DNA from: Podarcis filfolensis | Taxonomy: Eukaryota | Length of the DNA: 64,000 nt | Direction: 5' to 3' (one strand) | Assembly: GCA_964270895.1 (NCBI GenBank) | Contig: OZ185435.1 | In this document: piece after piece, positions 42,934 to 55,374 of the stretch | How the letters are laid out: every line of letters starts with the position of its first letter | Numbering within the stretch: position 1 is the stretch's first letter | Notes under the pieces: generated by a model | Database searches by the model: none | The model's input: only the letters and a program-made list of their open reading frames with translations | Told to the model about the DNA's origin: nothing | Made by a program: the position numbers and the translations under genes

Positions 42934-43082
42934 ATGGCCCCCAAAGGGAGGAAGAGGAAGGCAGAGGCACCTCAGGCCAAGACTGCAACATTTGAAGGAG
43001 GGGAGATGAATGTTGCTGAGGAATCACCCAAGAAACCAAAGAAGGATGAAGAATTGGGCTTTCGTGTGATCATTGAGCATTG
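42934..43082 (+). CDS. SELENOH: SELENOH first coding exon
   Basis: ATG after a TAGTAG acceptor; donor TG|gtgtgt. Confidence 0.92.
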
Positions 43083-45972
43083 GTGTGTACCTGGCCGTTA
43101 TTTGCATCATTTGACTAAGGATGGTACCCCATGGGTTGTTTCATGCATTTTGCTTTCTAGAAGGGATTCCTGAGTAGAGCTGGCTGCTGCCTTGGAGAAG
43201 AAATCTTGGGGCTGCACCCAGCACAGTCCTCAAGTGAGCCAGGGTTGAATTTGCTCTGATAGTGGGTCCTTTTGTACAAGAGGTACCATAAGTGAACGAC
43301 TTGCATCTGCAGATACAGTTCCTAAGGACAGAACTAGTAATGGTAGTTTTGTGACATTTAATTCATGTGAGGCAGTTCCACCAGCAGACCTGTTGCCCAG
43401 CATTGAAAGAGAGAGAAAACTGCTGATGCAAAGATCCTTCTGCTAGCACACTGATGGTATTGGATGCGACCCTTAAGTCTTATTACTGTATTTTAGTTTT
43501 AATTGATTAAATCTACATACATTTGCATCTGAGGGGAGAAAGACTTCCAAAGAAAGAGCACACCTTTTTTTGCTTTTGTTTTAAATAATGTATGTGTAGA
43601 AGTATTATTTCCTCCTTTTTCCTCATCTGGGAGGGAATAACTCTCTTTAGGTGTTGTTTGCCATCTGTGGCTGATTACTTATTTCTTTATAAGTAATTAT
43701 TATATCACCCTTGAATCCAATTCCCTGGATGGTTTTTAAAAAAAGAGTAAAACCATTCAAATGTTCATACAAAAATAAACGCCCTAAAATTATAAATGTG
43801 GTATGACTAAAATTGCATCTACAGATGCAAGTGACAATACAGTAGGCACCAAGCAAACTGGTATCAGAACTAGTATTAAAAGTTTAATTGGTCNNNNNNN
43901 NNNNNNNNNNNNNNNNNNNNNNNNNNNNNNNNNNNNNNNNNNNNNNNNNNNNNNNNNNNNNNNNNNNNNNNNNNNNNNNNNNNNNNNNNNNNNNNNNNNN
44001 NNNNNNNNNNNNNNNNNNNNNNNNNNNNNNNNNNNNNNNNNNNGAACACATTTTTTGAACAGGAAATCTCATCCCTTAATACTGCATCTCTCCTATGAAG
44101 TAGAAAACGGAATGGGAAGTTTGGGCTGAACTCTCTGAACACTGGTGGGGTTGTGCTTTCTTCCACGTAGTCAAACCATTCATTGCTTTGTGCCTGTATG
44201 GGTTCAACAGAGACTTTCAAATCACAGTTCAGGTGGTTCTCTGAAAGCTTTTCTTCATTCCACAGTAAAAGCTGACGAGTCTATGGGCGCAGTGCCGATG
44301 CAGTCAGCGAGGCACTGCACCAGACCTTTCCTGACATCGTGGTGATGGTGAACCCTGAGAAACCGCGCAGGAATAGCTTTGAGGTTGCTTTGTGGAAAGA
44401 AGATGGCACCAGTAAGTGCTTTCAAGGGAGGCTTTTCAGTGAGAGACAGTAGGGACCTTCCTGGAGTTGCCGTATCTATTTGGGGTTAGTGATACCCCAA
44501 ATATAGCTTGGTAGAGAAACCTTCGGCATTGAGTTCTTGGTGTAGGTTTCATCTGCCTAGAATATGTGTGACCGGATGTCCACAAATCCACTCACCAAGC
44601 CATAAGGGTGCCCAAGTACAAAAAGCAAGTAGGTTGCCTTGTGCTCTTCGCCATATCCCACTGCAAATCAGAAAAGACTCTATATCTCTCCCCAGCTGTG
44701 GTTTGTGCCATAGAATTTGGGGGTGGGGGATGGCTGTGTGACCACAAATAGTAGCTGTGGTTCCCTGTATGTACGCATCAGAATGTACATAACTAGAAAT
44801 TGAGGCTGAAACATAGCAGCTGAACATCTTATTGCTGGGATCCCTAGTGTGACATATGAGGGCATCACTTGGCACCAACTAAAATCCTTTGCTTCTCCTA
44901 ATTTTTAATTACCGGTAGTTTTAAATTTGAGGGTTGCGTGTTTTTTGTTAGGATGGGTTGCCTGTTTCGGGAGTGGGGTGAGGTGGTCATGTTTTATCTG
45001 TAGGCTTTGTCTGCTTCAGAATGTGTCTGATAATGTAGTAACTGTTTGGTGGCAGGATCTAATCATTGCCAGACCCCACCCCCACCCCAGGTGAAATGGT
45101 TATTTTGTGGTGCCTGTGGCAGTTTCTTAGATTTGATGTAAATGCTCCTTCAACAGTGACACAGTATGGAGTGGGTGTGCTGGCATAAAAAGGAAACCAG
45201 ATGTGGACAATCCATGCCCACCAGATGTTGCTGGGCTAAAATCCAATAATCCCAGACCATGGGCCAGAGTGGCTGAAGTCTTAACATCTGGAAGGCCACA
45301 TTTCCCCACCCCTGACTTACCTACTTCCAGGTCATTCTCTCTAGTGTATTAAAAAGCTGGGCTAGCTGAGGTTTCAACCAGATACCATAGCCATATTCTG
45401 AGATTCCCCTTCTAGTTCTGTTGTGCTTTCTACCTTATTTATCCCTTACTCCCCTTTGCTGTTGTAAGTCCTGCAGCCTTGTTCATAGGGTTTCTCTGAA
45501 CAGGAGCAGGACACTGGGCTGAATGTTTAGCAAGACCTACATAGCAGCTCTTTGATTGAGCTTTAACCCATTCGTCCCGTCTTTAGATTCGGTTTCTCTT
45601 TCCACCACTCCACACACAAGCTCAGCTGTAGAACTGGCTCAACGTGTGAGATCTTGGGCAACTGGAGATGTAACTTGCTCAGCTACTGCTATGTCCAGTT
45701 ATTTGTGAGAGCAACCAGTCGTTTAATGAATGCACACAACCCTACCTACAAGCCAGCAGAGAGACATGGCGTCTTGGCTGCGCGCTTGTGGCTGACTGGA
45801 AGTAACAATACAAATGCTGCTGGCAAGTTGCCTTCTGTCTTTATTGATTTTGTCTTTATTGGGTTTTTTAGAGGTGGAGTTATGGAGCGGCCTCAAGAAA
45901 GGGCCACCACGGAAGCTCAAGTTTCCCGAACCAAACAAGGTGGTTGAAATGCTGAAGGGCAACCTAGAATAA
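42934..45972 (+). CDS. SELENOH: Selenoprotein H. join(42934..43082,44266..44411,45872..45972), 131 aa, Sec (TGA) at 44273..44275
   Basis: MAPKGRKRK...VIIEHC-K-S-U-RVYGR...NPEKPRRNSFEV...ELWSGLKKGPPRKLKFPEP; CxxU motif; SECIS in the 3'UTR. Confidence 0.95.
43894..44043. other. Assembly gap (150 N) in a SELENOH intron
   Basis: Direct observation. Confidence 1.
44266..44411 (+). CDS. SELENOH: SELENOH exon containing the Sec codon
   Basis: cacag|T AAA AGC TGA CGA ... |gtaagt. Confidence 0.94.
45872..45972 (+). CDS. SELENOH: SELENOH last coding exon
   Basis: tttag|AG GTG GAG TTA TGG ... GAA TAA. Confidence 0.92.
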
Positions 45973-46613
45973 AGCAAACAACTGGGCAGGATTACCAAGG
46001 GTAGGTTTGTACAATGTAGCAGCCATATTTTCCGAGATCTGCTGGACATCAGTGCCTTATTGGACTGGCCTCACCACCACCACCACTCCAATTCCTGTGT
46101 AGTTTTAAATGATTACTGCCTGGAGCAAGAAATAGGACTAAAAGCTAGTCATTCTTTTGTGGTCTCTCTGTTGTTGCTGTCTCCCCCCCCCCCCCCGGGC
46201 TGGGTAGAGGATGAATTGGGAAGAAAGGCAAATTAACTGCTCCCATCATTAAGTCACATACTTCGAGGACTGCTCATCCATCCATCTGTCTTGTACACTA
46301 TCACCTACAGCACAGGTTGGCAGTATGCAGCCACTGGCCTAATTACATATGGGTGTGGAGGTGGCAGCAAGGGAGGGGGAAAGGGTGCCCCCTCCCTTTC
46401 AGCTCTGGGAATCTTGGATCATAGCTGTGCTATCCATCTGTGCTGGCATCTCCTGAGAAAGGGAAGGGGGTGAAATCAAGAGCATGGTCCCCCCCAAGCT
46501 ACTCAGCATAGTATATGAATGGTGCGTTAGCTTTCTTTCTACTGAGCAAGATCTGTGGCTAATGACTGTCTGTCCTTGCATCTAGCACAGCTGATGAACA
46601 CTTCGTCCTGTGT

Positions 46614-46697
46614 GAGAGGTGGAGCATCCATGATGGGATATGATTAAGTGGGGTAAATAATGAAACTCCAGTCGCATCTCTGAAGCTGCTGCCCCTC
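46614..46697 (+). promoter_or_regulatory. SECIS element (type 2) of SELENOH
   Basis: A-UGAU core 46630..46634; helix II GGGATATGATT/AGTCGCATCTC (10 of 11 pairs including G.U); unpaired AAG 46646..46648; mini-helix GGGGT/ACTCC; 3' UGAA 46681..46684. Confidence 0.9.
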
Positions 46698-46792
46698 CTC
46701 CACGAAAGGAAAAACGTACCAGCTGCTTGTTTCCTGATCCCTTTACGGTTTTGCTTTGTTAGTCATTTGGGGATGGGCATATATTGTTTTTC

Positions 46793-46798
46793 AATAAA
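46793..46798 (+). terminator. SELENOH polyadenylation signal
   Basis: AATAAA ~100 nt after the SECIS, with T-rich sequence downstream. Confidence 0.75.
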
Positions 46799-49686
46799 GC
46801 TTTAACTATTGTCATGCCTTATATTTTCTTAATTCTTATATATTTCTTAATTCTGTTCAGTCAGGACAGCATCTGTCTAGACAAACCTTAGTGCAGCATG
46901 TGCTACAGCTTCACTAAGGCCCCGTCTACGCTTCCACTTATCAGTTGAGTTTTCTGCAGATTGATGTTTAGTGCCAAATTGGAACAAACAGGTTTTCCTG
47001 GGGAAAGCGGTGGGGCAAACAGAACCGTGTTTAGAAAGTATGGGGTAAGCAATAAATGTGGACAAGCCCCTAAATAAAAGTGGTTCTTCTGGATCCTGTG
47101 CAGTTGCCCTTCAGTAGTGAAGCCCTTATCTTTCCTTAAGCAGCATAAAAATCAGTGTGGCATGTCTTAGGTGTTGGAAGCTAGAAGGACTTGCCACTGC
47201 TATCACAACCCTGTGCAACTGCACAGGGTTTTTGCAAACCTACCTTAACATTCAGCATGCTTTATTATCTCGTTCATTAACTGCAAAAAGGATGTCATTT
47301 GTAAATCTCTGGAGCCCTTTGTTTCCATTTTGTGCTAGCCTGAAAGCACCAAATCTGGTGCCATGATCTGCCTATATATCCTGCAGTAACTTCCTTTCTA
47401 GGTGATGATTCTTCCGTAATATCAGCTTTTCCCTCATCCTGTTTCTAACAAGCTTCTTGTGTGCAATTTGTTTCTTTTCTACCAGTGCTGCAACTAAACC
47501 ATAAGCTGCCATAAGTTTAAACAAAATAAAGACAACTCGGGGGGGAAATATAGGAACTTTAATTGAACAAAGTCACAACTCAACATTTCTTATGGCCTTT
47601 GTGCCATCTACTCTTCAGATTGTTTACTGTACAATGAGAGCTTTGGGCTGTGAAAAGGAAGTAGTTGGCACAGCGTCATGGAGGCATAGGTCACTGCACT
47701 TAAATACACCTCTCCTTGAATAAGCTGTAAACAAGGGAAATGGTTTGAATGTAAAACAAGTGATTTAACCTGTTATTTGGAGAGCCATCTCTGTACAAAA
47801 TAAAATAAAATAAAATCAGCAGGGCATGTAACTGTTTACTAAATCAGCTTCCACAGACGCTTAGCCAGCATTAACAGCCAGTGAAAGTGGTCGGTCCTAC
47901 CGGAAGTAGTGAAAAGACAGCCTTGAAGGGGCTTTTAACATTTCCAGGCAGCTGCTCCAATAAATGCCCCGAGCTTTTGCAGTGCAGCCCAAAGAGCACC
48001 CACTCAAAAGTACAGCAGATGCAGTGAGAGGCATCAGCAAAAGTCATGCTGCTGTTTCTAGCTCCAGTGTGACCTTTGTGATAAAGTGTTTGATGTGTGC
48101 ACACAGCTGGTGGGAACAGTAGGCCACCACCCATGTCTTCTCCAGTGTTGTAAAGTCCCTTCTACTCCCCAGTTGTGCTGCTGGTGTAACTGTTCACCAG
48201 ATTGGGTTTTAAGACGGTGGGGCAGGGAGCAAGGCCTAAAAGTTCCTTTAGCTGCCTACCATTAAAAATTAAAATTAAAGCCACAAACAAACTATGTTTG
48301 AGTCACTGAGAACACAGTCACTCTCTGGTTACCCTAGAATGCACAACTGACTTTGTTCACTGAATTGTGAGTGCCACACTTCCTGTGTATTTAGAAAGCC
48401 CTTTTTGTTCACCTTGGGGCAGCTATACCCTCCTTCATTATTGGGGGTGGGGGTGGGGAACTGGTGGCCCTCCTGCTATAAATAGAACTGAAACAGACCG
48501 TGCTCATGTGCAGTTTTAGTGCATGAGAAGGACTTTCCCCACCATTAACATTTCCTTACTTTTTGACAGAACCACTGCTAGATGTTTCAGTTTTTTGGTT
48601 TCTAGCTCCTACCTATCCTATAAAGCAGACCAGGAATCCTGCCAGCCTGCACTGTACAGAAAACAGAGTTACAAACGTAACAGTCATGATTAGATAAGGC
48701 TGAGGGGGTGATGATAGTAAAATAACCCCGCCTACCATTTGGAATTCCCGGGGGGGGGGCACTTTTCCCTCAGCACTCCAAAAGCACTGTAAGATACTAC
48801 TAATGTATTTGTTTACCGCAGCCCCATCAAGGATTTTAAGTGTGGCACCAAAGTCTATCCCACACAGGGCCAGACTTTTTTGAGACCTTGACATGGTGAT
48901 GCTGCCCCTACTTTGAGGCACCTTCCTCTCCTCTCATGGCAGTGCGTGTTCGTTTTTTCTTCTCCACCTTTTCAAGCAGGGCAGCCTGGCAATGGGGAGG
49001 CTCAGTTCAGCAGCTCAGTTCTCAGGCGTCACAGGAAGGCTGACATCGTCACCTGTGTCCATGAGGGAGGGGGTGGTCATGTGTGGGAGAGAGGCCATGG
49101 CAGGCTGAAATCAGAAGTGCACTGCACTGGGCAAGCAAGAAAGCAAAACCAGGGGAGAGAGCTAAGTTAAAGGGTGCACTGCAGCTCACCATTACCACCA
49201 CACCAAGGAAGTCCAGATGGTCCCAAGAGAGAGGTGACGGGGATGAGGCGTGGCGTTGCTGCTTACTGTGTCACACACTCATCCCCAAGCAGGCTTCCCG
49301 CTTTCAGTTGGGAAGACGTCTCAGCCAAGTCTCAGTTCAGTTTTGGCCTGCAGCAGGCAGCCATGACGCTGAATGTCCCCCAAGGTCCCCACATACTTTG
49401 TATTTTGGGAGACTTGGCATAGCGGCTGCCCACCAGAGGCTTGAGGCTCCCCTTTAACCACAAGTGCTGTTGCCTCCAGGATAAATACATCCAGGGAGAG
49501 GGATAATGAGCCAATGGCAATGGTAGCAAGTAGCAGCAGCAATGTCCGATGGGGTCCTATTGGCACCGAGGTGAGCAGGGTAGCAGTGGGCCCTTCTTAG
49601 CCTGACCAGCAGACCTTTTGACATCAGGCCTGACCCCTCACAGCCCCTGGGTAGTCAAGGCAACTCCTTCCCATGGTCTGCATTCA

Positions 49687-51704
49687 CTAGTTCACAACAT
49701 CCACCTCGGTTTCGGACACCGGAGAGGGATCTGGCCTGACGCATTCGATGCTAACCAAGAGTTCGTCTACCCCACCAACATCTATCTCTTCCTCTTCCAA
49801 GCATGGAGGCACCTTATAGCCCAAGTGGTGTTGCAAAGGGCTCTTCTGCAATGTCTGAGCATGGAGCTGTGTTTCGACACCACATATACCCACTTCATAG
49901 GACAAAAAACCCCGGTCTTCATTGTCTGCCAAAGTGATGGGCAAAGGATCACCAAGGTTTGCAGGCATATTCTCTGACAGGGACAGTTGATGCTGAGCTG
50001 TCCAATCATCCAGTTGGGGAGAAGCTGGTTTGTACCAGGTAAAACAGTCATTGCTGGTTTCAGACTTCCCAAATGGAAAGTAGCTGGGAACAGGGTCTAG
50101 CAAGGGTCTCCCATTTGATGAGCCATGAGCTTCTCTGCTGATCTTCATGTCAATGGCCTCCAGTTCCCCTTTTAGGAGACTGTTTTTGGTCTTGACCCAC
50201 GGAGGACAGTCAGAGACTTCTGGAGAGCACATATCTTTTCTTTCAACTTCAGCACATTCTAGTGGACACTCATTTGCTCCTGGTGCAGGCCATAAAATAT
50301 TCATGCCTTCTGGAATAGTGGCCTCTTGAGGCTCCTCAACAGCATCACCATCATCTGCCAGAAACATATCAAGCATGTGTTCCAACTCACCAGCTGAAAC
50401 CAGCTTGTCATACTGCACATCCTCAGTCAGATGGTCTAGCAGAAACAGATCCAATTTGTAAGGGTCTCCATCTTCCAAGGATACCTTGTTCTCAGCTTGT
50501 TCTCCCAGGTTCTTCTCATTAAGAGGTGGACTTTGTATTTTTGTTGGCAGACATCTAGTTGAGGTGACTGACTGTTGTGCATCTACTCCTTCCGGCTCAG
50601 GATACCTGGGCGGAGATCGAGAGCCCTCCTCTTTTAGAGCACACATAGAGTTTGCTGGCCTGGTGGCCTGAGCTGAGGGAGATTCCTGCACCACCTCCCA
50701 GCAGCTGCCATTGATAACTTTTCTGAGCCTTACCCGGCCAATCTGCCCTGCATTTTGGGGACAGCTAACGCAAGGTTCACTGGCGTTGCGCTTTCTGCTC
50801 TTAGCTGCCTCTGGAGGGAGGGGCGGGCTCCAGAAACCATACAAATGGCTATCTTCTGCTTCTTTCTGCTCATCTTTGATCGGAAGACTTTTCTGCCTCC
50901 AGTGACGTCTGCTGGACCTTGAAGGTTTGCTGGATTCCACAGTGCTAGAGTCTTTGATGGCACATGGTACAGGCAAAGGTGATGAGGGGAGCTTTGAGCG
51001 ACTGAGCTTAATCTTTTTTGACTCTTGCAAGCTGGTTGTAGCTTGGCTATCACCAGTCCCATCCTGTGTCCGCAAACTGTCATGCTCATTATTGCCTAAT
51101 ATATTCTTTCCCATGCCTGTAAGACGTTTTTTAACTTTAGTTCTAAGGGGCTCGGTGGTAACTGCTGGATCTTTAGGCATCTGGTCTTCATTCCTACTCA
51201 TCAATGCTTCTGGTTTTTCCTTCTTGACAGCTTTCTGGACAATGCTGCTATTGTTATCCATTTCCTTGGTGCATGGAACTTTCACTACAGTGTGCTGCAT
51301 ATTTGAAGACAGCCATGACGTCAAGGAACTACCACTGCAGGCAGGGGGAGACTGCAACAGTGTTAACTCTGGGATGGATAATGGACTAGATAGCTGTAGG
51401 CAATCCCGATTTAATCTAGGGCCCAGGGATTTTTTGACCAACTTTCCTCCCTCTAGATGAAGTGACTCCAGCTCTGACACCTGAAGCTGCCGTGCAGCTG
51501 CAAGAACATCCTGGGCTTCTTCCCGGGACACCTCCATCTCAGAGGTGTAGAGGAAATCCACCAGTTTACGTAAAGTCCCAATTTTCAGCCCCCGGATCTC
51601 TAGCACCACCTTGTGTCCTTTGGGGGGCATTTCTCGCTCCAAACGCTCTGTGAAGAAAGGGCTGCAGGCTGATAGAATGCAACAGTGAGCTGGAACAGCT
51701 TCCC
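49687..51704 (-). CDS. BTBD18: BTBD18 large terminal coding exon
   Basis: tttgcag|GG GAA GCT; 2018 bp open to TAG. Confidence 0.95.
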
Positions 51705-53009
51705 CTGCAAACAACACAATTGTTAGCAGGTACTGTATCAACAAAGAAACCCAGATATTTGCCCCCTCTGGACAGAAGTTGGTCCCAAAGTGTTCCAGCC
51801 CCTAAATAAACATTTTTCTTGAGATTCCCCAAGTGTTATCTCACGACTAATTATAGAGCTGTACTGTTTAATCCTTCTTACATACTGAGGCATATTATGG
51901 CATAAAACCATTTAGTTTTACGATCAGTCTGCTTATGAGTCTGTCTCAGCAGCTCATTTAAAACTGTTAAACTTATTTTTACAATTCCTTCTGGATATGA
52001 TACAATTAAAATAAAGAACAGAATGGTTGGAAAAAATAAGTTATTTTAGCTCAGCCTGTTCTCTGCCCTCTCAGCTTTGAGGGCACTTAAGCACTAGCAA
52101 AAAGCAATTCACAGCATAAGATGTACTATACATTATTATAAGCATACACAGACTTTTCCCAGTACACATATACTCTTGTTTGTTTCAACTGGGTTTGCTT
52201 AGGAGAAGTTCTCAGTGGATTTGTACTCACATTTGTTTGTGAGCAGGCATTTTACAAACAAAGAACAATTTGCTATCATAAAAACACCACTACACTGGAG
52301 AGGCACATGGTTAAGAACTCTAGGCATAATCCAGCCGAAGTTCAGCACTGCAAAGCCTTGATTTCAGTGGGAGAGTTAAGCTGTCCTGGAACTGCAGAAC
52401 AGAAGGGAAGCACACCTATCCAGTGACCAGCAAACCAAGTTTAATTTATGCCAACTGCTTTGGGAGAAAAAACCAGTGGTGGCTCAGGTTTGCATGCAAA
52501 AAGTCCCTTTAATCCATGGCTGCTGTTAGTTAAGTTTAGACACTATTGAGTTAAATGCACCAATGGGTTCTACTCATTGCAAGAAAGCTGCCTACGTTTC
52601 TAAGGAACCCATGACACTGAGAACAGGCTCTGAGAAATCCATCTATCACATCCAATAGGCCATAAACATCATTAATTAATTGTTGCGGATGTTTCCTTTT
52701 TGTTAACCATGCAGTCTAAGCTTGAAAAATACTTGAAATTTCTAGGAGTCACTGTCAAAATTTTAGGTGCTGGATCCTTAAAACAGAAGTGCTGGCCAGG
52801 AATTTCCAGGCACCTGGGAATTTCCAACTCTGTTAGGAAGCAAAGCACCCTTAACTTAAACCCTCCCAGCTTTAAGTATTACCTTCTGCTTGTAGGACAA
52901 CATCACAAAATAAGTCAGCTCTCTGTTGCCGGTGGAGCTGCAGGAACACCATACGGAGAAGGCGGGAATTCCGATACAGAATCTTGGGATTCGCAGCTGG
53001 AGGGCTCAT
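49687..53009 (-). CDS. BTBD18: BTB/POZ domain-containing protein 18. complement(join(49687..51704,52883..53009)), 714 aa
   Basis: MSPPAANPKILYRNSRLLRMVFLQLHRQQRADLFCDVVLQAEG|EAVPAHCCILSACSPFFTERLE BTB domain; GQIGRVRLRKVINGSCWEVVQE; ends SETEVDVVN*; 2145 nt; syntenic position next to SELENOH. Confidence 0.94.
52883..53009 (-). CDS. BTBD18: BTBD18 first coding exon (absent from the ORF track)
   Basis: gccATG at 53009; donor GAAG|gtaata; likely acceptor at 53094/53093. Confidence 0.92.
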
Positions 53010-53229
53010 GGCAGCAGAATTTCCACTTTGTCAGGCACCAGATTCTGTGGGGTAGACACAGTTCTGAGGATGCAGCTATCAAGGTCTATGAACCTAAAGT
53101 CATCTTGGAAGAAAGACCCAGTGAATTCAGTGGGATGTACTCCTAAGAAAGCATGCACAAAATTAAAAATACTAGTGGTAATGCTTGAAAATAAGGCTGC
53201 AGCCTGAGGCAGAAGATATAGCTATGCAA

Positions 53230-53419
53230 TACAAATAAAGGGAATGTGTAATGAAGAGGTAAACATGGATGATTATCAGAGAAGCTGAAGGAAGTCCAAA
53301 AAGAGATAATTTGTGAAATTTGGATAAAATTGTTTAAGTATATTGAAATTTAATAAAAATTTATGAAAAAAAGAAGAAAAGAAAAAATAAAATCTGTGCG
53401 CAGAACAAACAAAAAAAAG
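53230..53419 (+). mobile_element. Short L1-like 3'UTR insertion
   Basis: 16-bp TSD AGATATAGCTATGCAA at 53214..53229 and 53420..53435; A-rich tail; shares GAAGGAAGTC with the 3'UTR of the L1 at 63250. Confidence 0.75.
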
Positions 53420-55374
53420 AGATATAGCTATGCAAGTTTTCCTTCATGTAATTCTGCTGAAGAATATTCTTAAACTGCAGCACTTTCCCCCATCATACTG
53501 TCAGCAATCCCCAAGACTTATTTTAGCTTTACTTCAGTGAATAAATACATTGTGTTTAAGATTTTCCAATATGCCCAAATGGTCAGGAATGAAGTAGAAG
53601 AACTTGTGAACTGTTAATACCTGTGTTGTTCTTCTCTTGCAACACTGACCATATCAGTTGCTCAAGCAATACTGCAAACCTTTTCATACCCCATTCTGAG
53701 GCAAATGACTTTGGACACACAGATTGTCAATTTCAATTTTTAAAATACACAGTAAACAAGTCAGTTCAAAAATTAAAATATTAATAGATTTTAAGCAGAA
53801 CTCTATCATTCCATAGCAGTCTACAGGGTTAGGTGTGTTGCACCTTACTATGGAAAAAATTCCAACACTGTCTGAAATCTACATTTGGGTGGGGGGGAGA
53901 GTGCTGATCTCCCAAAAATTCAGGGACCATTTAAAACTGTGTTTCCCAACCTGTGGGCTGTGGTCACAAAGCCTGTTCAAGTGGGTTGCAGGCTTTATAA
54001 GTAAACCCCAAATAATTTCTGCTTTTAATCCTTAACTGATATGAATACCACTTACAGCTTTTTGTTCTGTTGGTACATTACACTGCTGTGTGGACAGACA
54101 CTTGTACCTGAACATTAGAAAAGCTCCAGTCATGCATTTTAACACTTGGGAACCACAGTCTGGCAGCAGATCTGGTAAAAGTTCACCACAAGGTGCTCCC
54201 TGTAAAAGCACCTTGTGCCAAAGTTACACTGGACCAGCCAACAAGATCAGTTAATAGTTAAGCCAAAGGTGATTTGACATTTGCTTAGTCAAAGTAAGAA
54301 ATAATATCTATGCCCTATGTATTAATAACCGTTTAGAGGAGTTTTCTTACAATCAAGCAGTATATTTGGGAAATAAATAAAATAATAAATAATAATAATC
54401 AGACTGGTTATGCTCACATCACCACTTACTCTACATCCAATGCGCTCCCCACTGCCAACTCCGGAAGCCGAATTCACACAACCTTAGCCACAATCTATAT
54501 CAATCTTGTTGTTCCTTGACAAATACTGCTGTTGGATGTGTTTTTACTCAGACTAGCTGCCATCCAATTAGAAAACTGGATGCAGAGTAAACTGCAATGT
54601 GAAAAGACACTAGTAGTCAACACACGAGTGCAGATGAGCATGGAAGGTGAAAGTGTAATGCACAGGAGTTCCATAGGGGTTGTAGGGGAAAGGAAACCAT
54701 AAAGGTCACATGAAGGCATATCCATGCAAATGACCTCACTGAGTTTCAAGCTACTAATGTGAACATACATTAGTACATGTGTGACAACCATCAAATGCCT
54801 CACTGGCCAACTTGTTGGCCAAATGCAAGCCACTGCTACGTGCTAAAATGAACTTTATCGTGAATATTAAAAATATTAATACTCCATTGTATTTAATACT
54901 ACTTGTGTAACCATATGTTTCTAGAATAACATTTTATAGCTTATGAAGCAATTTTGTACAATCAGATGGCTGGTGTTCTTAACATTCCCATAAACAATAC
55001 TGTGAATAACTTTGGAAGTTTTATAAATATTGCAACAAATTCCACATAATAGCAGCATTAAGTAAACGTTTACTTGGGTGTCCCAGGTAGCAGTTATAAA
55101 ATAGGCAAACTTGAAATAAAAATGTATGAAACCAACGGCTGACAAAGACATGGCATCCAAAATTCATTTGATAATAAAACAATGGGTCACTATACCAAGT
55201 AAATATGGACTTGTGGCTCGCCTAACCCCTCATTTAAAAATATATTATTCCTTGCTGTTTCGGTATAGCATACATTTTACACTGGAACAAGAGGGGGGAA
55301 AAAACACACCTGAGAATTTAATTAACAAAACAATAAACCTGTTTTGCCAGATTACAGTAAACAAGGTATATATA

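Noticed and set aside
44273-44275. In-frame TGA suggesting a pseudogene
   Set aside because: It falls at the conserved Sec position of the CxxU motif and a SECIS is present.
47261-47563. Candidate BTBD18 polyA signals on the minus strand (AATAAA at 47261..47266, ATTAAA at 47558..47563)
   Set aside because: Both are plausible but cannot be chosen between without 3'-end data, so neither was annotated.
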